Shown here piece after piece: positions 36,604 through 44,980 of a DNA stretch of 64,000 bases (the first letter of the stretch is position 1; every line of letters starts with the position of its first letter). The notes under the pieces were generated by a model. That model was given only the letters and a program-made list of their open reading frames with translations, was not told the DNA's origin and did no database searches. The stretch lies in assembly GCA_964404285.1 (NCBI GenBank), contig CAYOJK010000010.1, positions 10,303 through 74,302 on the forward strand. The letters are read 5' to 3'. A program made the translations under genes and the position numbers. Source of the DNA: an uncultured bacterium. GTDB lineage: Bacteria; CSSED10-310.

Positions 36604-38726
36604 GATACAAACCGGTTTTATTGTTTTTGTGTATAATTGTTTTGTTATCACCTAATGGTTTTGCAGGGTTTGAAATACGGGATATTGCCGGTCAATCGGA
36701 TTATCTTGGAGGCAAACCTAATGGGATAAGTATTGATCCGGATGGTCGTCTGGCATTATCAGGAGCACTGAAATCGGTATGGAGATCAGAAAACGATGCT
36801 GCTTGCTGGACAGTTGCCTGCCAGGACGGTGTTGTTTATGCGGCCACAGCAGACGAAGGCAGAGTTTACAGGTATAGAAGTCAGTCGATGGAACTGTTGC
36901 TAGACACACCTCAAGTAGCCATTCTAAGTCTGTTGACGTTACCACGAGGGCGTTTATTGGCGGGAAGCGCCCCGGATGGAATCATTTATTCCGTCGATGG
37001 ATCTGGAGCCGCTTCTGTGTTTGCCCGTACAGACACTTCATATATCTGGAAAATGCTCTTACTCCCCGATGACACAATTCTGGTTGCGACAGGTGTTCCA
37101 GCCTCATTGATACAACTGGATTTATCAGGAAAAACAATAAAAAACATTGATATCAAAGCCTCCCATGTCCGATCGATGGCTCGAGATTCACACGGTAGAA
37201 TCTGGCTCGGCACGGCAGAACCGGCACGGATTTATTGTCTTGAGAAAGATGACCTTCACTTGGTTCATGAAGCTCGTGCTATGGAAATCACCGCTATAGC
37301 ATCCGGAAATGGTGGTGTCTGGTTTACCACAGCAGCCTCTTCGGCAATAACCAACATTCAATCTGAGCGTGCCGATAAGCTTAGACCTCAAAAAACAGCT
37401 TTGGCTAAAGGAGGTGAAAAGGGTGAATTATGGCTTATCGATACGAACCAATCGATCTACAGGGTCTGGACAACATCGGCTATTCCAATTTTTGATATGA
37501 TTGTCGCCGATAACGCGCCCTATCTGGTATGTGGCGCTGATGGTCTTTTGTTCCGCATAGACGATATTGATCGCAGCACACTTTTAGCCTCACGTCAATT
37601 TGAGCCGCTAACCTGCCTGGCTGTAGATTCCGCCGGTATAATCTGGGTTGGAGGCGCAACGGATGCTGAGTTGATGCATTACGATTTTAAGCAAGGAAAT
37701 ACAGGTGTACTGGAATCCGCTGTGATGGACGCTGGGACTAGAGCGGTTTGGGGGAGATTATTGGTAGCAGGCGCACATATTACTGAGAAAACGGTGATAT
37801 TTGAATCCAGGACAGGAAACACGCCGGAACCGGACGATGAATGGTCAGACTGGCGCTCTGCAGAGTCGGAAGGTAAAATTCAAAGCCCGCCTGCCCGATA
37901 TTTTCAATGGAAAACAACGTTGAAAAAAGACAAGAGTCCGTCACCTGTTATAGATAAAATTTCTATTTCGATGAAATCAACTAATTGTCCCCCTTATATA
38001 ACTCGAGTTACCGTACATCCTGTAGTAAAAGGTGAAATAGTGGATTTACCGGGAAGAGGGCGGGTTTTTCAGCAGACGATGCCCGACGGCTTGCGGATAG
38101 AGTATACGTTGCCGGCAGGGACATTCAATGGTATGTCCAAAGGACAATGGATGCAATTACGGGGTATGCGGACAGTGTCTTGGGATGCTGGAGACGCAGA
38201 CAATGATTCGCTTTTATTTAACCTGGACATCGCGAAAGCAATGGGAGAACCGGAATGGTTTCCAATTGCTCGAAATCTGGATCAACCCCTACATTCTTTT
38301 GATTCAACTGTATATTCTGACGGTCTGTATCGTATTAAGGTCACAGCATCGGATGCTCCCGACAATCCGCATGGAGAAAACCTGACAGCAGAACAGACCA
38401 GTTTGGCTTTTGAAATCGACAATACGCCCCCAACTTTTAAAAACATGAAAGCCGGCAAACAAAAAACAGAATCGACTCATTCTTGGTGTATCGTAATTAC
38501 CGGGCAGGCTGTTGACAATGGTCGAAGAATCAGTCGCTTGGAATACTCAGTGGATACAAAACAGTGGTTTGATTTCACTTCATGTGATAGTATGCTTGAT
38601 CAGCCTGAGGAACAGTTTGAGTTGTTACTCGAAGGAGACGCTATTGAGCTTGTTCCAACACAGGTTTTTCTCAGGGTCACAGATGACCATGAGAATATTA
38701 CAACATCAACGGTATCCGTTGATTAA
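36600..38726 (+). CDS. Secreted beta-propeller plus Ig/FN3-like domain protein
   Basis: Signal peptide, repeated propeller blades (LLAGSAPDGIIY, YIWKMLL, IWLGTAEP), ESRTGNTPEPDDEWSDW, WDAGDADND...DG.YRIKVTASD, DNTPP. Coupled to the S55 gene by an ATGA overlap. Confidence 0.7.
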   Translation: MRYKPVLLFLCIIVLLSPNGFAGFEIRDIAGQSDYLGGKPNGISIDPDGRLALSGALKSVWRSENDAACWTVACQDGVVYAATADEGRVYRYRSQSMELLLDTPQVAILSLLTLPRGRLLAGSAPDGIIYSVDGSGAASVFARTDTSYIWKMLLLPDDTILVATGVPASLIQLDLSGKTIKNIDIKASHVRSMARDSHGRIWLGTAEPARIYCLEKDDLHLVHEARAMEITAIASGNGGVWFTTAASSAITNIQSERADKLRPQKTALAKGGEKGELWLIDTNQSIYRVWTTSAIPIFDMIVADNAPYLVCGADGLLFRIDDIDRSTLLASRQFEPLTCLAVDSAGIIWVGGATDAELMHYDFKQGNTGVLESAVMDAGTRAVWGRLLVAGAHITEKTVIFESRTGNTPEPDDEWSDWRSAESEGKIQSPPARYFQWKTTLKKDKSPSPVIDKISISMKSTNCPPYITRVTVHPVVKGEIVDLPGRGRVFQQTMPDGLRIEYTLPAGTFNGMSKGQWMQLRGMRTVSWDAGDADNDSLLFNLDIAKAMGEPEWFPIARNLDQPLHSFDSTVYSDGLYRIKVTASDAPDNPHGENLTAEQTSLAFEIDNTPPTFKNMKAGKQKTESTHSWCIVITGQAVDNGRRISRLEYSVDTKQWFDFTSCDSMLDQPEEQFELLLEGDAIELVPTQVFLRVTDDHENITTSTVSVD

Positions 38727-38747
38727 AAAACTTTAAGGAGGAAAACC

Positions 38748-39479
38748 ATGAAATTTTACGCGAAATGTTTCTTGGGGTGTATGGTTATTGCGCTAGCAAC
38801 ATCTATGGTCTTTGCTGATCTATATTCTGAATCCATCGTCACCGGTGGCCCGGGACGCGATGCTCCAGAAACAAGCAAAGCATACCTGTCGGAACATGGA
38901 ATGCGCATCGAGGCTGGTGATGAGACAGCTATGATTGTCAACTATAAGGAAGAGAAATTTTACCAGCTCAACCTGAAAGATAAAACGTATACGGAGACGA
39001 AGTTCGAAGATTTCTTGAAACCCCAAGATGAAAAAGATGCTCAAATGCTGGAACAAACCCAGAAAATGTTGGATCAAATGCTAAACTCGATGGAAGTGAC
39101 AAAAACAGAAGAAACACAAGAAATAAATGGATTTAACTGTACAAAATACATGGTTTCCATCATGGGTTCTTCTTCTGTGTATTGGGTAACAAAAGATGTC
39201 CCGGAACATGAAGCAATGATAAATATTGCTGATAAATACAAAGATCATTTCAAAAAGAGCCCCGTCTTGCGCAGCTTTACCACAGGATTTGACATGCAGA
39301 AAAAAATAGATGGGTTTCCAATCAAAATTGTTAATAAACTGATGAATATGGAAATTGTCCAAGAAGTACAAAAAGTAGAAACTAAGGCTCTCGATAAAGC
39401 CCTATTTCAAGCGCCCGAAGGCTTCAAGAAAATTGAAGAAGACACCAAAGGCGAAACTGAGACGACCCAGGAAAAATAA
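38748..39479 (+). CDS. Secreted DUF4412-like protein
   Basis: Signal peptide, MRIE...MIVNYKEEKFYQLN...KTY, T.ETQEINGFNCTKY...YWVT, GFPIK, LDKALFQAPEGFKK. Confidence 0.7.
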   Translation: MKFYAKCFLGCMVIALATSMVFADLYSESIVTGGPGRDAPETSKAYLSEHGMRIEAGDETAMIVNYKEEKFYQLNLKDKTYTETKFEDFLKPQDEKDAQMLEQTQKMLDQMLNSMEVTKTEETQEINGFNCTKYMVSIMGSSSVYWVTKDVPEHEAMINIADKYKDHFKKSPVLRSFTTGFDMQKKIDGFPIKIVNKLMNMEIVQEVQKVETKALDKALFQAPEGFKKIEEDTKGETETTQEK

Positions 39480-39541
39480 CTACTCTGAGTATTCCGAATA
39501 CGGAGACAGTTCTGGTGATTTCACCATCTGTCTCCGCTTTT

Positions 39542-39742
39542 TTATCCCCCATGATGAATATGAATCGCACGAACCAAAGCATTATCCGGAACTAAATACG
39601 TATCATATTCGTTTTCGTTTACTAGCTGACCGTTTACAGTAACGATGATCAACACGTAAATGTATCCCATTTCATTTAAGACATCCCTAACCGTCATACC
39701 CGGTTTCCATTCCAGAACATCTCTGTTGTTAATGGTTATCAC
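39542..39742 (-). CDS. thiS: ThiS/MoaD-family ubiquitin-like sulfur carrier protein
   Basis: 66 aa beta-grasp-sized protein ending in IHHGG. GTG start overlaps the thiF stop (GTGA). Confidence 0.88.
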   Translation of the reverse strand: MITINNRDVLEWKPGMTVRDVLNEMGYIYVLIIVTVNGQLVNENEYDTYLVPDNALVRAIHIHHGG

Positions 39743-40344
39743 GTCGCTTTTCCTTCTAGGACCAATTGGATCACGGCATTTGCCTGCATAGCGGCTACAA
39801 TCATCACGCGCGGCGCCGTCATACCTATAGCCATGTCACTGACCATGTCGCCACATAGTACCAAGTTGCCGATTTTCTCTACCTGAAGTGTTCCTGAAGA
39901 GCCATAGCCGGCTAAACCATTTGCCGATATAAGTGGTCTTTGGGGAAATAGGCCGCACCATGTCTGAATTAACCAGATTTTGGATTCCGCTCGATCAAAC
40001 GCTTCAACCAGCATATCTGCTCCATTAAAAACTGAGGCCATGTTATGGCGATCCAAGGTGATATTATGAACATCAAGAGTAACCGATGAGTTAATTGTTT
40101 TGAGGTGTGCAGCCAGAGCTTCAGTTTTGGGCTTACCCAGATCGCTCAGAAAAAAATGTTGGCGGTTCAAATTGGAAGGCTCAACCACATCAAAATCTGC
40201 CAGAATCAGTTTTCCGATACCTGTCCGTGTCAGCATTACGGCCACATTGGAACCCAGGCCCCCGCACCCGGCAATGCCGACACATGCTTTCTGTAACCGT
40301 TCCAATATACCAGGAACATTTCGCTCAAAAATATCTTGGTTCAT
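39739..40344 (-). CDS. thiF: ThiF-family (E1-like) sulfur-carrier adenylyltransferase
   Basis: VGIAGCGGLGSN, ADFDVVEPSNLNRQ, VEAFDRAESK, LCGD...APRV. Confidence 0.9.
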   Translation of the reverse strand: MNQDIFERNVPGILERLQKACVGIAGCGGLGSNVAVMLTRTGIGKLILADFDVVEPSNLNRQHFFLSDLGKPKTEALAAHLKTINSSVTLDVHNITLDRHNMASVFNGADMLVEAFDRAESKIWLIQTWCGLFPQRPLISANGLAGYGSSGTLQVEKIGNLVLCGDMVSDMAIGMTAPRVMIVAAMQANAVIQLVLEGKAT

Positions 40345-40379
40345 GGTAATCGAGAAAAAAGAATCACCTTCACCCTATC

Positions 40380-42380
40380 TCAAGTTAAGGGGGTGTGATG
40401 GTCTTCAAGGACAGCGACAATTTCCGGTAAATCGATACCCAGCTCTTTTAGCCTTGCCTTTGTCGGCACTCCTTGTTGGTCCCAACCCCGTCGTCGATAG
40501 ACCACATCCAGTGTCTTCTCATATTGTTCTTCTCGGTATTCACGAATCAACGCCATTTTTTCTTCAACGGTTTTTCCCTCAGGATCAATGCCTAGGATTT
40601 CCTTTAGTTGCTTGTCATAGCGTTCCATCCGGCTTTCATATTCAACTTTAGTTACTGGCCCGATTCCTCGATACGGCATGTAATCCTCATTTCGTTGTCC
40701 TTTACCAAACATCAAACTCATGATGCGTTGCAGGTTGTGAACACGCGCGCTTTCTTCGAGCATACCGGCTTCATCCAATTTTCGACCCAGCATACCTTCG
40801 ACGAATTTGAAGTAATTTCTGACGTGATCAGGAACTTTCTGGGGTTCGGCTGTGAGCTTGTTATCGGCAGGGGTTACGTCGTTCCAGAGAAGTTTACACA
40901 GTCCATAAAGCCCAAACCACGTTCTCCACAGAGGAAAATAATACAGCGCTTCGGCTTTGTCTTCGTAAGTTGGAATCTCATTATTGACCATATCCATAAA
41001 AATGAGCCATGCTTCATCGTGCTGAGGGCCTTTTACCGCCATGCCATAACCGATTTGCTGGGCAATGGATTCTTTTGTCATGTATTCACTAACTTCCAGA
41101 CCTTTGACTTCCATACCGATATCTTGCAGAAACGCTTTTTGCTCAGTCGTCAGATTCAAGGTTTTACCCCAGTGATTTTTTAACCACCGAATTCCCATCC
41201 CGACATCTACGCCAAAGCCTTCACCGCGAGACATTTGATGCAAAAGCTCCAGCACGGAACCGGACTGACCGAAATGCAAGTCCATACCACCGGTGACAAC
41301 ATCATCAATAACACCGGCTTCATAAGCTTCCATGACAAAAGCGATAGTGGTTGCGGCGGAAATTGTGTCGACACCGTACGTGTCACAATAAAAGTTGAAT
41401 TCAGCGATGGCGTCCATATTGAACAGACCCATGTTAGAGCCACCGGCTGCGGTTTCATATTCCGGTCCTTCTACCGTCACGACATGACCCTTATAAGGGC
41501 CGGTTTTCAACGTGAAATTTTCAATGGTTTTAGCACAGGCCATTGTACAGCCTTTCCAGCATCCGTCCGGCATATTTTGAGTAAAGTATTTTTCTTTCAG
41601 AATACCACCATCGATTTTGTACACTTCTTCATGGGTTCCAAACCGATAATTCATGACAGGCAGCAAATCATAAGCATCCATAACTGCAACAATATTGGTC
41701 GTCCCAATTTCACGCATACGGCACTGATATTGATCGAGATTGGCCATTTCAGAGTTCACCTTCATTCCATAGTTTCTGATCAACATCGGGTTTATCGGAT
41801 TGTTCAAGTCATCAACAATATGCAAAGCGCCGGTCGGGCAAACATAGGCACAACTGGTACAGCCGATACAGTGGGGATCGACTTTTTGAAAAGGCATAGC
41901 AACATGGCGTTCGATTCCACGTCCGGCAAAATCAATAATGTGTTCTTGAGCGAATTCAGCACATGCTCGTATACAGTGTCCACACAATACACAAGATTTG
42001 GGATTTGAATCTGTCAATGGACTTGTAAAACGACTCTCTGATACACCACATTGCCGTGCAATTTTTTTGATTATTGGAACGTCGGGCCAACGTCCTAAAA
42101 GTAGTTCCACCAGCATTTTTCTGTGTTTTTTTACCGTGTCTGTATCTGTGTAAACTTTTATTGGTTTGTTAACAATATAATCACAGCTAGTGACCAGTTC
42201 ACGCTGACCGTCACACTCGATCTCAACCGAACACAGGCGGCAAGCGCCTTCCGGTTTCAGGTCTTTATGACTGCACAGTGTCGGAACAGTGATTTTTTGA
42301 TTGGTTAAAACCTTTAACAGAACAGTTCCAGCGTCAACTTGTATAGGTTTATCATTCACTAAAACATCGATTTTTGCCAT
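40380..42380 (-). CDS. Fusion: NuoG/HydA-like [2Fe-2S] plus 2x[4Fe-4S] module (aa 1-190) joined to aldehyde:ferredoxin oxidoreductase domains 2-3 (aa 191-666)
   Basis: C36/C47/C50/C66 (PTLC...GACRLC...TSC), C130xxC133xxC136xxxC140 and C171xxC174xxC177xxxC181P. Then AOR motifs GTT...LLPVMNY, GCWKGCTMAC, EGPEYET, CDTYGVDTIS, RGEGFG, VKGLE, YYRRGWD-like VYRRRGWDQQGVP. Confidence 0.88.
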   Translation of the reverse strand: MAKIDVLVNDKPIQVDAGTVLLKVLTNQKITVPTLCSHKDLKPEGACRLCSVEIECDGQRELVTSCDYIVNKPIKVYTDTDTVKKHRKMLVELLLGRWPDVPIIKKIARQCGVSESRFTSPLTDSNPKSCVLCGHCIRACAEFAQEHIIDFAGRGIERHVAMPFQKVDPHCIGCTSCAYVCPTGALHIVDDLNNPINPMLIRNYGMKVNSEMANLDQYQCRMREIGTTNIVAVMDAYDLLPVMNYRFGTHEEVYKIDGGILKEKYFTQNMPDGCWKGCTMACAKTIENFTLKTGPYKGHVVTVEGPEYETAAGGSNMGLFNMDAIAEFNFYCDTYGVDTISAATTIAFVMEAYEAGVIDDVVTGGMDLHFGQSGSVLELLHQMSRGEGFGVDVGMGIRWLKNHWGKTLNLTTEQKAFLQDIGMEVKGLEVSEYMTKESIAQQIGYGMAVKGPQHDEAWLIFMDMVNNEIPTYEDKAEALYYFPLWRTWFGLYGLCKLLWNDVTPADNKLTAEPQKVPDHVRNYFKFVEGMLGRKLDEAGMLEESARVHNLQRIMSLMFGKGQRNEDYMPYRGIGPVTKVEYESRMERYDKQLKEILGIDPEGKTVEEKMALIREYREEQYEKTLDVVYRRRGWDQQGVPTKARLKELGIDLPEIVAVLEDHHTPLT

Positions 42381-42382
42381 GA

Positions 42383-44758
42383 TTATTTATCCTCCTTTGT
42401 GTGTGAGGGGCATTGGCCAGTACGGACATGTGTCATGAAATCTTCATAAAAATAACGCAGTCCTGTCAGAATAGGATTCGGAGCCATTTTTCCAAAATGA
42501 CACAAGCTTGTTGCGGCAACGGTCTCAGCGAGCTCTTTAAGAGTTTCCAGATCTTCTATCGATCCTTTTTTGTCTTTAATTTTTGTCAGGATAGCAGCCA
42601 AATGCTGAAGACCTTCACGGCACGGTACACATTTGCCACAGCTTTCACCGGCTAGATATCGTGTGTAACTTTCAATCACTTCAACCATACAGGTTGACTG
42701 ATCTAAAACGGTTATATCGCCGGAGCCTATCGTGCTCCCAGCATCTGTCAAGGATTTGAAATCCAGCGGTATATTCAGTTTTGTCGCTGGTATAAAACCG
42801 CCGGACGGTCCCCCTATCAAAACCGCTTTTATCGATTTTCCTGTCTGAATACCCTTTCCCCAGGTATCCAAAACTGTCTGAAGAGGGGTGCCAAGAGACG
42901 CCTCAGCAAGGCCGGTTTGATTAAGCGCTCCTGAAATCATGAACACTTTTGTGCCGGCAGAAAAACCACTTTGCGGATTTAGAGATTTAAACCAGTCAGC
43001 TCCTTTTCGAACGATCGCTGGAATAGTAACCCATGTTTCTGCGTTGTTCAGAATTGTCGGCGCTTTTTTGAAACCTGATTCCAGGTGATTCAATGAGTTC
43101 AAATGGGGCTCACCCGGTCTTCCGGATATCGCCTCGATAACGGCTGATGGTTCACAATCGACTGCAGAACCGGGACCTCGATGTACAAAAAGATCAAATT
43201 TGAAATCCAATCCATCGATGGTATTACCCAGCCGCCCTTTTAAATACATTTTTTCGACCGCTTTATTCAGCTTATCAATCACTCGATGATATCGCTGATG
43301 GATATAAATATGTCCCTCGCTTGCACCAAGCGCATACGCCCCTAATATCAAGCCTTCGATGAGCCCATAAGGATCGTTTTCAACTATCGTGCTATCAATA
43401 CAGGCCCCGGGGCTGGTTTCCGTGATTGTGCAAATCACAACAGGTTGAACCATTTGGTTTTCTGCAGCAAGACGAGCAGTTTGCCAAGCTTGCCCGACAG
43501 AAATACCATTTCTCTCTCGCGCACGTAGGTTTGAATCTATTATGATTTGTCTTATCTGTTCCGATGTAACCGCTTTGAGGTTTTTTGCCAACCCCTGGCA
43601 AACCTCATCGAGTCTGATATCATCGTTATTCTGCTGTTGATCGGAGCCTGGTTTTCGCAGAGTAACCGATATTTTTCCGGGTAATATTCGTGCATCAGCG
43701 GCTGACGTTTCTGGATATTTGCTTATTTTATCGCGAGGTTCCAATGTGAAGGAGGGATAGAAGGTTGCGATGTGATAGAGATGTGATTTGGGTATACGGA
43801 TCAATTCATTTATTCCGTCGATAACTTCCTTTGAAATGAAGCCTTGTTGGTTTTGGGCATCCAGAAGCATATCCAATATAAATTCTTTTTTATTTTGCCA
43901 TTTAGCGACAATTTGATGGACATCTTGGATTGTGAGAGTTTTGGCTGCATCCGGTACATTGATTTTGAATTTATCAGCAAAGGGTTGCGCAGAAATTGAC
44001 CAAGCAGGTGTAAAATATTTGTTTTTTATGACAAGAGCTTTAATCTTTTTATTACGGAACACGGTTCCCAAGCCACCTCGGCCTGCCTGCTTGATCCGGG
44101 CGACTTTACGTCTCCAGTCATAAAACGAAAAATTCAAAACACCCATCCAAACATGGTCGGCTGCGCTGCCAGCGGTCACCACAGAGATGTTTCGTTTGTC
44201 TTCTTCGTTATCGGCATACATTTCCGTCAATTGTTCACAGATAATGTGGGCGTCCAGCGCTTCATCCGGCGCTTTTTCGATCGTGATCATCTGTTTGGGG
44301 ACATCGATGACGACGATGACTTCATCTTGAGCCTTTCCAGCAACAACCATGGCATCGAAGCCGGCAAATTTCAGGTATGGACCAAAATAGCCGCCGACAT
44401 TGGAATCCATGATGGATTGCGTTGCAGGCGATATCGATGTCACGATTGTTTTACCCGATCCCGGAAACGATGTCGTGCCGCCCAAAGGACCAGATGCTAG
44501 ACAGATCACGTTTTCCGGGCTGTCCCATTTGGTATCTTTGTTAATCTCTTGAAACATCAGCCAAAGGTCAAAACCTTTACCGCCAATCCACAAGTCTTTC
44601 ATTTGCTGGGTAACCGGAAGAATATCAATAGTTTTCTTTCCAAGTTCCACTCTCAGAACCCGGTCTGCATACCCGCGCATCAGCGTTCCAGGCTCATAGG
44701 CAAGTTCAGCTAGAACCGTATGTTTTTGACGCATTTGCTGGATAGGAGAATCCGACAT
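42383..44758 (-). CDS. Fusion: aldehyde:ferredoxin oxidoreductase domain 1 (aa ~30-247), NuoE N-terminal helical domain (aa ~278-342) and NuoF/HydB-like domain (aa ~385-785)
   Basis: AOR-N motifs WIGGKG, SPEN...SGPLGG, SISPAT...DSNVGGYFGPYLKFAGFD, QAGRGGLG.VF..K.IKALVI. NuoE-like LLDAQNQQGFI...IATFYPSFTLEPR. NuoF-like DPYGLIEG, NNAETW, GTKVF.ISG, IGGPSGG, ESCGKCVPCREG...SLCHFG. AAGGAGGT ribosome-binding site upstream. Confidence 0.88.
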   Translation of the reverse strand: MSDSPIQQMRQKHTVLAELAYEPGTLMRGYADRVLRVELGKKTIDILPVTQQMKDLWIGGKGFDLWLMFQEINKDTKWDSPENVICLASGPLGGTTSFPGSGKTIVTSISPATQSIMDSNVGGYFGPYLKFAGFDAMVVAGKAQDEVIVVIDVPKQMITIEKAPDEALDAHIICEQLTEMYADNEEDKRNISVVTAGSAADHVWMGVLNFSFYDWRRKVARIKQAGRGGLGTVFRNKKIKALVIKNKYFTPAWSISAQPFADKFKINVPDAAKTLTIQDVHQIVAKWQNKKEFILDMLLDAQNQQGFISKEVIDGINELIRIPKSHLYHIATFYPSFTLEPRDKISKYPETSAADARILPGKISVTLRKPGSDQQQNNDDIRLDEVCQGLAKNLKAVTSEQIRQIIIDSNLRARERNGISVGQAWQTARLAAENQMVQPVVICTITETSPGACIDSTIVENDPYGLIEGLILGAYALGASEGHIYIHQRYHRVIDKLNKAVEKMYLKGRLGNTIDGLDFKFDLFVHRGPGSAVDCEPSAVIEAISGRPGEPHLNSLNHLESGFKKAPTILNNAETWVTIPAIVRKGADWFKSLNPQSGFSAGTKVFMISGALNQTGLAEASLGTPLQTVLDTWGKGIQTGKSIKAVLIGGPSGGFIPATKLNIPLDFKSLTDAGSTIGSGDITVLDQSTCMVEVIESYTRYLAGESCGKCVPCREGLQHLAAILTKIKDKKGSIEDLETLKELAETVAATSLCHFGKMAPNPILTGLRYFYEDFMTHVRTGQCPSHTKEDK

Positions 44759-44980
44759 GTTTACCTCCTTGGTGAGTTATGCAATGAAAAAAGGATATGA
44801 AGCTTGCTGGTCACTTCAATATCGCCAAAAAAATGCTATTAAAAAAATAGTAATTAGTCAAAGCAGTAAATAGTAAGTATTTCTGAATGAAGGAGTAATT
44901 TTATTCTTGCTTTTTATAATCAAAACACTTTATATTCCCGTAAGTAACTGGGTATCAACTGTTAAAACAAGGGGGAAAAT

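Noticed and set aside
39542-40344. Thiamine biosynthesis operon or TPP riboswitch
   Set aside because: No thiG, thiH, thiE or thiC adjacent and no TPP aptamer motif upstream. The genes are coupled to the AOR operon instead.
40380-44758. Electron-bifurcating [FeFe]-hydrogenase or respiratory complex I subunits
   Set aside because: No H-cluster motifs, no other nuo genes, degenerate FMN/NADH motifs, and missing HydB/HydC accessory Fe-S domains. The catalytic parts are clearly AOR-type.
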